From an uncultured Gammaproteobacteria bacterium (GTDB taxonomy: Bacteria > Patescibacteriota > Patescibacteriia > Buchananbacterales > UBA6539), in NCBI GenBank assembly GCA_964497245.1, contig CAZCCC010000003.1:1-61838 (forward strand): DNA of 61,838 nt. The letters run 5' to 3'. Shown here in pieces: positions 1 to 8,834 of the stretch (positions within the stretch are counted from its first letter, which is position 1; each line of letters starts with the position of its first letter). The notes beneath the pieces are model-generated. The model was not told the origin of the DNA. It ran no database searches and saw only the letters and a program-made list of their open reading frames with translations. Both the position numbers and the translations under genes were made by a program.

Positions 1-210
1 CGCTGTTATCAGTTTTATTACGGCTTGTTTTTTTCTGGAGATGCTCCAGAGGAAGAAATCCGAATCAAGCGCCAGACATCGTCCAAAAAAAACAATTATT
101 GGCTGATTACATTCAAAACAGGGAAGAATACATAAACCAGCAATTGATGTCATTAGTATTTGGTAATTTTTTTCACAGTGAGGACAATCAATATTCATTA
201 AAAATGTCAT
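1..210 (-). CDS. partial CDS (first 70 codons, runs off left edge): small zinc-ribbon-like protein
   Basis: My reverse-strand translation from ATG at 210-208 is MTFLMNIDCPHCEKNYQILMTSIAGLCILPCFECNQPIIVFFGRCLALDSDFFLWSISRKKQAVIKLITA, open to position 1. An AAGGAG Shine-Dalgarno (218-223) lies 7 nt upstream. There are two CxxC pairs. The ORF track omits it because the window edge truncates it. Confidence 0.45.
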   Translation of the reverse strand, partial: MTFLMNIDCPHCEKNYQILMTSIAGLCILPCFECNQPIIVFFGRCLALDSDFFLWSISRKKQAVIKLITA

Positions 211-291
211 GTTACTTCTCCTTTTGAAATGTCCAGATTATTCCGGAGTTGAAGTTTTAAGGATCATTTTGCAACTAATTTTAACGACTTT

Positions 292-320
292 ATATTACTT
301 CTTAAATAAAATAAAGTCAA
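292..320 (-). promoter_or_regulatory. sigma70-type promoter TTGACT-N17-TAATAT for the zinc-ribbon ORF
   Basis: The minus strand reads TTGACT (320-315), an exact 17-nt spacer, then TAATAT (297-292). It sits about 75 nt upstream of the ATG at 210. Confidence 0.45.
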
Positions 321-351
321 GGAATTGCGGTTAATAACTTAAAAATGATAA

Positions 352-394
352 ATTCATAAAAATACCCCGATTCGGAAAATTTACCGAAAAGGGG
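352..394 (-). terminator. intrinsic terminator (minus strand)
   Basis: Hairpin CCCC-ga-TTCGG-aaaattta-CCGAA-aa-GGGG (365-394). On the minus strand it is followed by TATTTTTAT. Confidence 0.5.
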
Positions 395-661
395 CATAAA
401 ACATGGGGTTACCAGCCATTTTTTAGCATTTATACTCCCTTCTTTTCTAGTTTCTTGAAAAAGCGGGTTAGACTTTTTGTAAAAACTAGCTTTGAAAAAG
501 TAGGATCACCGCCTTTCCCTGGGGCCGGACCAGAATTTGAGATTAAACCCGGCCGTCATTGCATTTTTTTGTTGCATGACTAGCAGCCCTTTTGTTCACC
601 GCAGACAGACCTAATTGCCTGCTGCTGTATAGAAAAATTTTATGCCAATAATTTGAAGAAG

Positions 662-1456
662 TCAAATTTTTATTCGTAAAAGTCCATGTTTTTTTAAATA
701 ATAGAGAGCGCTTTTAAGGAAATTTTTTTGATTCCTTATTAAAAGTTGTTGTTTGAAACTTTGTCCGCCATGGTGGATCATTTGGGCTTGAGCGACGTAC
801 CAAACTTGCCAACCGGCATTTTTTGCCCTTTTACACATATCAACCTCTTCAAACCAAATAAAAAATTTTTCATCAAAATTTTCTATCTGGTCTATCAGCT
901 TTTTTTTGATTAAAAAAAATGATCCGGCTACTTGGTCTACCTGTTGGTTTTTACTATTATCAATGTCTTTGGCTAAATAGCTTAGAAAAAGTCTGTTATT
1001 CGGAAAAATTTTAGCGATTTTTGTTATTAGCATTAATATTATCAAAAAATTCGGGAAACGTCTGACTGACGGCTGAAAAGTAAAATCAGGATTAAGATGT
1101 TTGCAACCAGCAATGCCCGCTTTTTCATTTTTTTGCATAAATTCAACCATTTTCTGCAAAGTCCCTTCCATAATCTCAGTATCAGGGTTTAAAAGTAATA
1201 TTAAATCAGCATTACTTACTGCAATTCCTTGATTGTTTGCTTTGGCAAATCCCAAATTTTTTTTATTGGCGATAATTTTTGAATCAGGAAATTTATTTCT
1301 AATAATTTCTACGCTGCCATCAGTAGAATTATTATCAACTACAATTACTTCAATATTCAAATTCTTTCGATATTCGTATAAAGAATAAAGACATTTACTT
1401 AAAAAATTTTTGACGTTCCATGAAACAATTATTATTGAAAGTTTTGGCTTATCCAT
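662..1456 (-). CDS. glycosyltransferase family 2
   Basis: The N-terminus LSIIIVSWNVKNFLSKCL...VVDNNSTDGS and the later LLLNPDT are the GT-A/GT2 fold signature. The gene ends with a TGA stop. Confidence 0.85.
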   Translation of the reverse strand: MDKPKLSIIIVSWNVKNFLSKCLYSLYEYRKNLNIEVIVVDNNSTDGSVEIIRNKFPDSKIIANKKNLGFAKANNQGIAVSNADLILLLNPDTEIMEGTLQKMVEFMQKNEKAGIAGCKHLNPDFTFQPSVRRFPNFLIILMLITKIAKIFPNNRLFLSYLAKDIDNSKNQQVDQVAGSFFLIKKKLIDQIENFDEKFFIWFEEVDMCKRAKNAGWQVWYVAQAQMIHHGGQSFKQQLLIRNQKNFLKSALYYLKKHGLLRIKI

Positions 1457-1567
1457 TTTTGTCAGTTAATAAATAAAAGCTGAAAAAGTATTTATGTTTG
1501 TAAATATTTTTTTAAAAAGTTTATTGGAAAATAAATTAAAGATCTTTATTTTTATGGTTTGATATTT

Positions 1568-2245
1568 TTATTCAACATCCTCTTTTTTTATTTTTTTCCA
1601 CTCCCCTTCTTTAAGATCCTTAAGTTCTAATTTTCCTATTCTGATTCTTTTAAGTTTGACTACGGTATAACCCAGGTGGCCGAACATCCGTCTTAATTGT
1701 CTATTTATCCCCTCTTTTAATATTAATCGGCATGATTTATTTTTAGCAGAAATCACTATGGCAGGCTGAAGTTTTTTTCCAGCGATTGTCATTCCCCTCT
1801 GAATTTTTTTTAAATCTTCTTGATTAAGATCTCGATCAAGAACGATAAAATATTCTTTTTCCCCTTTATGGCGAGGATGAGCAATATTATTTGCAAATTC
1901 ACCATCATTGGTAAGCAATATTAAGCCACTTGAGTCTTTATCGAGGCGTCCGACAGGGTATATTCTTTTTTTTATTTTCACCAAACCTAAGATAGATTTA
2001 CCTTCCTTATTACTGGAACTGCTTATGTAGCCGTATGGCTTGTTTAAAGCAATATAAATTTTTTCTTTAGCAGGTTTAACAATTATTTCTTCACATTCAA
2101 CTTTGTCGCTATCTTCATCAATTTTTGTACCCAGCTCTCGTATAACTTTTCCGTTAATTTTAATTTTACCATTTAAAATCAATTCTTCAGCCTTGCGGCG
2201 TGAAGCAACACCAGCGCCAGATAGAAATTTTTGTAGACGTATCAT
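1568..2245 (-). CDS. pseudouridine synthase, RsuA/RluB family (S4 domain + catalytic domain)
   Basis: An S4-like N-terminus (RLQKFLSGAGVASRRKAEELILNGKIKINGKV) and a catalytic-Asp motif (VGRLDKDSSGLILLTNDG). Confidence 0.85.
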   Translation of the reverse strand: MIRLQKFLSGAGVASRRKAEELILNGKIKINGKVIRELGTKIDEDSDKVECEEIIVKPAKEKIYIALNKPYGYISSSSNKEGKSILGLVKIKKRIYPVGRLDKDSSGLILLTNDGEFANNIAHPRHKGEKEYFIVLDRDLNQEDLKKIQRGMTIAGKKLQPAIVISAKNKSCRLILKEGINRQLRRMFGHLGYTVVKLKRIRIGKLELKDLKEGEWKKIKKEDVE

Positions 2246-2266
2246 AATTTAAATTTAACCGATAAA

Positions 2267-2704
2267 TTAATAATTCCAATCAAAATAATTAATCATTAAA
2301 TTCTTTAGACTTTTGTGAAATATTTTTTCAATGGATTTTTTATTTAGATTTTCCCATTTATAACTTAGGTGCTCTTTAGATATTTTTATTTTACCGGAGA
2401 TGAATTTTGCCTCAAAAAGAATATATAGAGTGCAACTGCTGCTTGGGAATCGGTATTTGCTCAATGAAACCGGGTCAGGCCTTAATTTGTATTTAACATT
2501 TGAACCAATTTCCTCTTTTATTTCTCTCTTAATTAGTTTATGAAATTTTGTCATAACCTCTTTTTTATCTATTCGGCCTCCTGGCAAATCCCAAAAATCT
2601 TTAAACCATTTTTTTGAAGCTGACTTTAAAATTAAAATTTTACCACTTTTATTTTTTAAAAGAATTTTTAAAGATACTTTAAACTGCTGATGGTTTTGGA
2701 TCAT
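2267..2704 (-). CDS. NUDIX hydrolase
   Basis: Nudix box GGRIDKKEVMTKFHKLIKREIKEEIG (Gx5Ex7REUxEExGU pattern). It overlaps the upstream GT2 gene by 4 nt. Confidence 0.75.
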   Translation of the reverse strand: MIQNHQQFKVSLKILLKNKSGKILILKSASKKWFKDFWDLPGGRIDKKEVMTKFHKLIKREIKEEIGSNVKYKLRPDPVSLSKYRFPSSSCTLYILFEAKFISGKIKISKEHLSYKWENLNKKSIEKIFHKSLKNLMINYFDWNY

Positions 2705-3378
2705 AGCTTATATTTCTCTTTAATTATTTTTTTAGCTTCTTGATACTTTTTTACTCTTTTTAACCAATTTATTTTATAGACAAAAGAGGGTAGCCAGCTG
2801 CTCATAGTACCTCCTGCCTTAACTTTAAACAATAATTCCGGTATATGATAGCCGATGTGACCTTGTTTAAGCATATTCAGCCATAAATCCCAATCTTGAA
2901 ATCTTTTTAAGCCCGGGTCAAAACCGGGAAAATGATTTTTATAGATTAAAGAAGTGGTATGTATGTAAGGAATTTTTTTTAATTTTTCCGGGTCAAAGGA
3001 GAAAAGCTTAAATTTTTTAAAACCAAATTTAAAATCGCAGTAAGTATAAGAGGCTTCGGGGTGGTTTTTTAAAGCTAAATACATTTTTTCAAGCATTTTT
3101 GGAGCCATAACAATATCAGCATCACAAAAGATAATATAAGGTGATTTTGTTAATTTAGCGCCGTTATTTCTGGCAGAAGGTGCACCTTGGTTTTGTTGTG
3201 TGATTATTTTGATTTTATTTTTATATTTTTTCAAAATAGGCAAACTTTTATCTGTAGAACCGTCATTTACTGCAATAATTTCAAAATTATTGAAAGTTTG
3301 TCTAAAAATACTCTCAAGGCAATTGGCAATTGTTCCTTGAGCATTATAAACCGGTATTATTATGCTTATTTCGGGCAT
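2701..3378 (-). CDS. glycosyltransferase family 2
   Basis: ISIIIPVYNAQGTIANCLESIFRQTF..IIAVNDGSTDKS and CDADI are typical of GT2. Confidence 0.85.
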   Translation of the reverse strand: MPEISIIIPVYNAQGTIANCLESIFRQTFNNFEIIAVNDGSTDKSLPILKKYKNKIKIITQQNQGAPSARNNGAKLTKSPYIIFCDADIVMAPKMLEKMYLALKNHPEASYTYCDFKFGFKKFKLFSFDPEKLKKIPYIHTTSLIYKNHFPGFDPGLKRFQDWDLWLNMLKQGHIGYHIPELLFKVKAGGTMSSWLPSFVYKINWLKRVKKYQEAKKIIKEKYKL

Positions 3379-3394
3379 TTTTTAATTAGATATT

Positions 3395-4573
3395 TTAACT
3401 TAAAATTTCTTTAATTTTTTGAGCTTGAGTCTCCCAGTTGAAATTTTCCAATACTCTTTCCATTCCCTGCATTCCAAGCTTTTGCGCATAGGGCTTGTCT
3501 GTGAGGATTTTTAATGCCGCTTCCGCTATTTGATCAACATTTAGAGGGTCTACCAATAATCCTGTTTTGCCGTCAATTATCGCCTCTGGGACCCCTCCGC
3601 TTTTGCCTCCAATAACCGGCTTGCCAAAAAGGTTTGCTTCAAGATAGACTATGCCAAAACCTTCAACATCACCATTAATAAGTCTTCTGGCCGGCATTAT
3701 GAAGACGTCGGCTATTTGAAATAAAACAGAAAGATCATTTTGGCTTGCTTTTCCTGCAAAAATTATGTATTCCCTCAAAGCAAGTTGGTTTGCCAATTTT
3801 TTAAGATTGTCTTCATAAGGCCCTGTGCCAACAATTAAGTAAGCTGCATCGGGTATTTTTTTTATTATTTTTGGTAGAGATTTTATTACCATATCGTGAC
3901 CCTTTCTTTCAACCAGTCTTCCGACAGTTAAAATAATTTTTTTATTTTTCAGTCCATATTCTTCTCTAATTTCTCTTATCTTCCATTCCGGTGCTTCTGA
4001 CGGCTTTACTCCGGGGCAGGGGTAAATTACTTTTATTTTATCCGAGTCGGCTCCCAGTTTTACTAGCTCATCTTTTGTAAAGTGGCTGTTTGCAACAATT
4101 GCCTTTGCTTCTTTGATTATTTTTTTTAATATTTTTTTCTTACGCATGAATTTTTGAGGCAATGTTATGTCAAGTCCATGAGCATAAAATATGAAAGGTA
4201 TATTTTTCATTTTTTTATACCACAAAGCCAGAGTTCCTATCGGTAAAATCTGACCAGCCTGAATTATCTCTATTTTATGTTGATCAGCGACAGCTTTGAA
4301 ATGTTTTATTATTGATATCCATTTTAGTGTTGATGCAATTTTTAGTATTCCAAGTAAGTTTTTTGGAGAAGTTTTTTGAGGAAATTTTCCCAGCAGTTTT
4401 TTCCTGATGATTGGAAAATTTTGTTCTTTATCAAAACTGCTGTCGTTTTTTTGGTTTGGCGCCAAAACGACAATTTTATCCCCGGGCAAATTTTTGCAGA
4501 TATTATAATAATAAGTCGCCACTCCGCCTAAATTTGGAGGGAAGTCCAAAGTAACCAATAAACTTTTTTTCAT
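3395..4573 (-). CDS. glycosyltransferase family 4 (GT-B, GT1-like)
   Basis: C-terminal GT-B motifs: VGRLVERKGHD, ADVFIMPAR...EGFGIVYLEANLFGKPVIGGKSGGVPEAI. Confidence 0.85.
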   Translation of the reverse strand: MKKSLLVTLDFPPNLGGVATYYYNICKNLPGDKIVVLAPNQKNDSSFDKEQNFPIIRKKLLGKFPQKTSPKNLLGILKIASTLKWISIIKHFKAVADQHKIEIIQAGQILPIGTLALWYKKMKNIPFIFYAHGLDITLPQKFMRKKKILKKIIKEAKAIVANSHFTKDELVKLGADSDKIKVIYPCPGVKPSEAPEWKIREIREEYGLKNKKIILTVGRLVERKGHDMVIKSLPKIIKKIPDAAYLIVGTGPYEDNLKKLANQLALREYIIFAGKASQNDLSVLFQIADVFIMPARRLINGDVEGFGIVYLEANLFGKPVIGGKSGGVPEAIIDGKTGLLVDPLNVDQIAEAALKILTDKPYAQKLGMQGMERVLENFNWETQAQKIKEILS

Positions 4574-4624
4574 ATTATAATGTTTATTTTATTGATTAAA
4601 AAAAATAGCCAATAGAGAGTTAAT

Positions 4625-6058
4625 TTATTTGATTCCTTTTTCCACTAATTCACGTATCTCTCTAAGTCTAAATCCTTTAAATAAATACAAACTTAAAAAA
4701 TAAAGCAATACCCCCCAAGCTATTACTATAGGTAACAAAAAATAAGAACTAACAGTAATGACCCCTAAAATCATTATTACGCTTGCAGCTAGTGATTTTA
4801 AAAACATTTTAAGAAGATTTAAATAATTAAGATTGATAACCGTTTTTATCGATAAAAAATCCAATAAAAATAAAATAAGGTTGGTAATTAAGAATGTTAT
4901 CCCGGCACCAAAAAAACCTAGTATGGGAATCAGGATTACATTTAACAATATAGACAACCCTGTAATTATTCCCCTGTTAATTGTTGTGTTTTTTTGACGA
5001 TCGCAGGAATTAAGCAAATACCCTGTCGGAAAGGCTAAAAATATAAAAGGTATTGCTGCACTCATTACAATTAAAGTCGGCACAATTTCAATATAATTTG
5101 GCCAGACAAGATAAACAATTTTGGGTGCCAAAGAGATTATTCCGGCCGAAATAGGTAATGAAATTATGGTTAAATATTTGAAGGCTTTATTGAATGTATT
5201 AGAAAGCATTTCTTTTGAATTTGCGTAGTAAAAGCTAAACGCCGGAAAAATTACTGCTGCAAAACCCGCCGGAATAATTTGTTGCAAAGCATAAACAATT
5301 TTTGCCGGGACGGCAAAAAAACCAACCGCTTCATCAGAGTCAAGATATCCCAAAAGAACTGAGTCAGAAGTATTATAAATCTTTACAAATATACCCGCCA
5401 AAGCGAACGCGGGTATTATTCTTAAAAAATGTTTGGCTATTTCAGGATCATAGGAAGGTTTAAGGCAAAATTTTAATTTTAATTTTAAGAGTAAAAAAGA
5501 CAAGGAAAAGTTAAATAAACTTGCTGCCAGAAGAGCAGACATCAAGTATCTTACCTGTCCTGTAAATTTTAAGGCCAAAAGCCCCAAAGTAAATATAATA
5601 AGTTGGACAAGTATCGTTGCAATGCTTTCATATTTTAAATTTTGCCTTGAGCGAAAGATTACCCAAAAGCTTAAGGAAAAAGAATCAAGTGCCATAATAA
5701 AACTTGCAATATAAACCAAAAGTTTTATTTCTGCTGATTTTCCAGTTATATTAATAAAAATCCAGGCGGCTATAATGGCAATAATAGCTAGTGGAATTTT
5801 TATTCCCAAGATATTTTTTAAATAGCGATTTGCCTGTTTTTGATTTTTTGAAGCTTCTCTGGTTAAAACCGGAGAAAGCCCAAGATCAACAAAGATAGAA
5901 AACATTGCAGCAAAAGACAGCGCAAAAACGTATTGGCCAAGCTGGTCAGGAAATAAATTGTTTGAAATAAACCAAAAATAAACAAAAGCCAAAATTTTTT
6001 GGATTGTTAGGGCAGCGGTGTAATAAGTGGTATTTTTGGTTAAAGTTGGACTTGTCAT
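4625..6058 (-). CDS. polysaccharide flippase (Wzx/MOP superfamily-like) polytopic membrane protein
   Basis: A 477-aa protein, hydrophobic throughout with many predicted TM segments. It sits next to glycosyltransferases and has the general look of oligosaccharide flippases. Confidence 0.7.
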   Translation of the reverse strand: MTSPTLTKNTTYYTAALTIQKILAFVYFWFISNNLFPDQLGQYVFALSFAAMFSIFVDLGLSPVLTREASKNQKQANRYLKNILGIKIPLAIIAIIAAWIFINITGKSAEIKLLVYIASFIMALDSFSLSFWVIFRSRQNLKYESIATILVQLIIFTLGLLALKFTGQVRYLMSALLAASLFNFSLSFLLLKLKLKFCLKPSYDPEIAKHFLRIIPAFALAGIFVKIYNTSDSVLLGYLDSDEAVGFFAVPAKIVYALQQIIPAGFAAVIFPAFSFYYANSKEMLSNTFNKAFKYLTIISLPISAGIISLAPKIVYLVWPNYIEIVPTLIVMSAAIPFIFLAFPTGYLLNSCDRQKNTTINRGIITGLSILLNVILIPILGFFGAGITFLITNLILFLLDFLSIKTVINLNYLNLLKMFLKSLAASVIMILGVITVSSYFLLPIVIAWGVLLYFLSLYLFKGFRLREIRELVEKGIK

Positions 6059-6186
6059 TTTTATATTATATCAAAAATATTGCTTCTTGGCGATAATTCA
6101 TTAATTTGAATTTTTTTAAAGTTATTTTTTATACGTAAAAAAGGGACATTAAGTCCCCTTTTGTGGTAAAAATAAAAAAAGCGAGT

Positions 6187-6528
6187 TTATTTATCTTTTT
6201 TTAGACCAAATAAAGCGAAGAATCCATAAAAAGTGATCATTGCGGGTATAAATATTGATAATATTCCCAGAATTCCTAGCCAACCCATTTTCCATATGTC
6301 GTTTGGTTTTTTTCGGTTTAAGTAAGTTATTATATTATAAATTACCGAAACATAAAAGGCGGCAACTAGTATAACAGAGAGAAGAAGAAACGTCATTTCT
6401 ATTCTGCCCGTCAGAACATAAAATATATTATGTACAACTATTGAAACAACAGCAGTTGCAATAAGCCAAAATGGCAAAAAAGTTTCTTTTTCAATTTCAA
6501 TAAGCGTTTTTTGTTTTTTTCTTCTCAT
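6187..6528 (-). CDS. small hypothetical membrane protein
   Basis: A 113-aa ORF with 3-4 hydrophobic segments. I recognise no family. Confidence 0.45.
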   Translation of the reverse strand: MRRKKQKTLIEIEKETFLPFWLIATAVVSIVVHNIFYVLTGRIEMTFLLLSVILVAAFYVSVIYNIITYLNRKKPNDIWKMGWLGILGILSIFIPAMITFYGFFALFGLKKDK

Positions 6529-6639
6529 ATTCCTCCTAGATTAAAATTTAGCTATTTATATTTTCTCATTTTTTAGATTTAATGTCAATTATTTTTAGGG
6601 GTATACTAAAACATGACAGAAAATCAAAACTATTATGAA

Positions 6640-6668
6640 AAACAAAACCCTCATTTTTTGAGGGTTTT
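6640..6668 (-). terminator. intrinsic terminator after rpsI
   Basis: Stem CCCTCA (6648-6653) pairs with TGAGGG (6659-6664). T-runs flank it on both strands (AAAACCCTCAtttttTGAGGGTTTT), and it lies 16 nt downstream of the rpsI stop. Confidence 0.6.
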
Positions 6669-6683
6669 GATATAATATCGTAA

Positions 6684-7145
6684 TTAACGTTTACTGAATT
6701 GAGGGGCTCTTCTGGCGCGCTTTAGGCCAGGTTTTTTTCTTTCTTTCTTTCTCGGATCTCTTTTTATATAGCCAAGTGGCTTTAGTGTTTTTCTTAAGTC
6801 TTTTTCTAGTAGTAGTAAGGATCTGGATATCCCATGCCTAACCGCTTCGGCTTGTCCTTTTATTCCACCTCCATGGACCTTTATTGAAAAGTCAAGCTCT
6901 TTTAATTTACCAACGGCCACAATAGGTTGCTTGACTATATTTTGTAATTCAGATGTTGGAAAATATGTTTCTAATTTTTTTTCATTTATTACTATTTTCC
7001 CCTCACCTTTTTTGTATAATCTGGTTCTAGCAATTGCTGTCTTTCTCCGTCCAACAGCATATAAATAGCTATGTCGGACTCTTTTTTTTCTTTCTTCGTC
7101 AGGTATATTATTTTCATCAACTTCAATTTTTTTTGTTCTTGGCAT
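6684..7145 (-). CDS. rpsI: 30S ribosomal protein S9 (uS9)
   Basis: YAVGRRKTAIARTRL, GGGIKGQAEAVRHGISRSL and the C-terminus KPGLKRARRAPQFSKR. It sits in the conserved rplM-rpsI pair. Confidence 0.95.
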   Translation of the reverse strand: MPRTKKIEVDENNIPDEERKKRVRHSYLYAVGRRKTAIARTRLYKKGEGKIVINEKKLETYFPTSELQNIVKQPIVAVGKLKELDFSIKVHGGGIKGQAEAVRHGISRSLLLLEKDLRKTLKPLGYIKRDPRKKERKKPGLKRARRAPQFSKR

Positions 7146-7147
7146 AT

Positions 7148-7570
7148 TTAATTAGTAATTTTTAATCTTTTAAACATCTGTCTTCTTAATTTGTTTTTAG
7201 GTAACATATTCCAAACTGCTCTTTTTAAGATTTCGGATGGATTTTTTTCAAAAAGCTCTGCTGCTTTTTTTTGTTTTAATCCTCCCTGAAAGCCGGAATA
7301 ATGATAATATATTTTTTGTTCCAGTTTTTTACCACTGAACTTCATTTTTGAGGCATTAGTAACAATTACAACCTCACCGTTGTCAATATTTGGCTGGTAA
7401 TTAGCTTTGTTTTTGCCCCGCAATAAAATAGAAATTCTTGTTGCCAATCTGCCAGAGACTTTTTCGGTAGCATCTATTTCGTGAATATTTCTTTTGATAA
7501 TCGGTTTTTTGGCAATAATTCTTTTACTTTTTTTGTTGGTAATATTCTTTTTGTCTTCGTTTGTAGTCAT
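7148..7570 (-). CDS. rplM: 50S ribosomal protein L13 (uL13)
   Basis: IDATEKVSGRLATRISILLRGKNKANYQPNID...YYHYSGFQGGLK. It lies directly upstream of rpsI. Confidence 0.95.
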   Translation of the reverse strand: MTTNEDKKNITNKKSKRIIAKKPIIKRNIHEIDATEKVSGRLATRISILLRGKNKANYQPNIDNGEVVIVTNASKMKFSGKKLEQKIYYHYSGFQGGLKQKKAAELFEKNPSEILKRAVWNMLPKNKLRRQMFKRLKITN

Positions 7571-7594
7571 AATAATTCAACTTTTTCATTAAGT

Positions 7595-7945
7595 TTATAC
7601 AAATTCTATTTGGACTATTTCAGCTCCGTCTCCTTGTCGTTTCCCAATATTTACTATTCTAGTGTAGCCACCCTTTCTTTCCATATACCTTGGCCCCAGA
7701 ATCTCCAAAGCTTTTTTTATAGCTTTTTTGTGGTATAAAAATTCTTTAAGTCTTCTATGAGCAGTTAAATCATTCTTTTTTGCCGTGGTTATTAGTTTTT
7801 CAACTAGAGGCTTAACAGCTTTTGCTTTAGCTTTGGTGGTCTTAATTTTTTCGTAAATTATAATACTGGTTGCTAAATTTTTCAGCAATGCTTCCCTGCT
7901 TTCTTTTTTCCGGTCCAAAATTTTTCCTTTATTTTTGTGCCTCAT
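7595..7945 (-). CDS. rplQ: 50S ribosomal protein L17 (bL17)
   Basis: MRHKNKGKILDRKKESREALLKNLATSII..TTKAKAKAVKPLVEKLIT. It follows rpoA as in the alpha operon. Confidence 0.95.
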   Translation of the reverse strand: MRHKNKGKILDRKKESREALLKNLATSIIIYEKIKTTKAKAKAVKPLVEKLITTAKKNDLTAHRRLKEFLYHKKAIKKALEILGPRYMERKGGYTRIVNIGKRQGDGAEIVQIEFV

Positions 7946-7984
7946 ATTTTTTTAAATTTTTTATCCAATATAGATAGGTAAAAA

Positions 7985-8812
7985 TTATTTTTTTTGCTTA
8001 GCTTCCTTTGATTTTTTTATCGGTTTTTTTTCCTCTTCTTTTTCTCCTTCTTCTTTTGTTTCAATTTTATCTTCTTTATTTTCTTTCTTGGTCGTCTTTT
8101 TTTTTGTTTCTATTCCTATTTCAGAATTATTTCCAGCAATAAAATTAAAATGTTCAATAAGTATACTGTTTGCTTCAGACAAAGCGTCTTTTGAGGTAAT
8201 TGTGCCGTCAGTTTCAATTGTTAATATTAATTTTTCATAGTTGGTCATTTGTCCGATTCTAACGTTTTCAATTTTGAATCCAACATTTTTTACAGGAGTA
8301 TAAATTGAATCAATTGCAATCATTCCAATTTCAAGACTTTCTTTTTCACGAGCTTCTGTCGGAACATAACCTCGTCCCTGTCTTGCAATTAATTCAATTT
8401 CTAGTTCAGCGGATTTATCGGTAAGGGTGGCTATTAATAAATTTTGGTTAATAATTTCAACGTCACTGTTTTTTTCAATGTCTTTGCCGGTAACTTTTTT
8501 TTCACCGTTTGCTTTTAATTTAAGTCTTACGGGCTCATCAGAGAATACCTTCAATCTTAGTTTTTTTAAATTTAGGGAAATTTCCACTACATCTTCTAAT
8601 ACATTTGGTATTGCTGAAAATTCATGATTTACTCCTTTAATCTTAAATGAAGTGACTGCCGCTCCAGGAAGGGAAGAAAGAAGAACCCTTCTCAAAGCAT
8701 TTCCAAGAGTGGTGCCATATCCAGGGTGACAGGGATGGATGGCAATTATTGACTCATTTTCTTTGTCTCCCGATAAAATCTCAATTTTGTTTGGTAATAG
8801 TATTTTTTCCAT
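7985..8812 (-). CDS. rpoA: DNA-directed RNA polymerase alpha subunit, N-terminal domain only plus a K/E-rich tail
   Basis: Alpha-NTD motifs GTTLGNALRRVLLSSLPGAAVTS and ARQGRGYVP. After ...ILIEHFNFIAG the protein ends in about 45 aa of Lys/Glu low complexity. There is no LSVRxxNCLK helix-hairpin-helix CTD. Confidence 0.9.
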   Translation of the reverse strand: MEKILLPNKIEILSGDKENESIIAIHPCHPGYGTTLGNALRRVLLSSLPGAAVTSFKIKGVNHEFSAIPNVLEDVVEISLNLKKLRLKVFSDEPVRLKLKANGEKKVTGKDIEKNSDVEIINQNLLIATLTDKSAELEIELIARQGRGYVPTEAREKESLEIGMIAIDSIYTPVKNVGFKIENVRIGQMTNYEKLILTIETDGTITSKDALSEANSILIEHFNFIAGNNSEIGIETKKKTTKKENKEDKIETKEEGEKEEEKKPIKKSKEAKQKK

Positions 8813-8834
8813 ATTTTTTCCCGTTAGGGATTAA

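Noticed and set aside
7481-7738. Antisense or alternate-frame track ORFs inside strongly supported genes. This one, plus 3187-3414, 8427-8627, 11448-11642, 11858-12346, 14015-14404, 15582-16292, 17196-18622, 19575-19760, 22246-23319, 24943-25149, 27589-27789, 28271-28651, 31721-32413, 32807-34316, 34907-35314, 36923-37300, 39220-39462, 43312-43599, 44097-45101, 49148-49696, 51119-53558, 54346-54598, 55773-56015, 57918-58157, 59501-59894 and 60504-60761.
   Set aside because: Each lies opposite to, or out of frame within, a gene with clear family motifs. Their sequences are F/L/I/S/K-rich low complexity, as expected from reading AT-rich coding DNA in the wrong frame. None shows a recognisable motif or a Shine-Dalgarno sequence.
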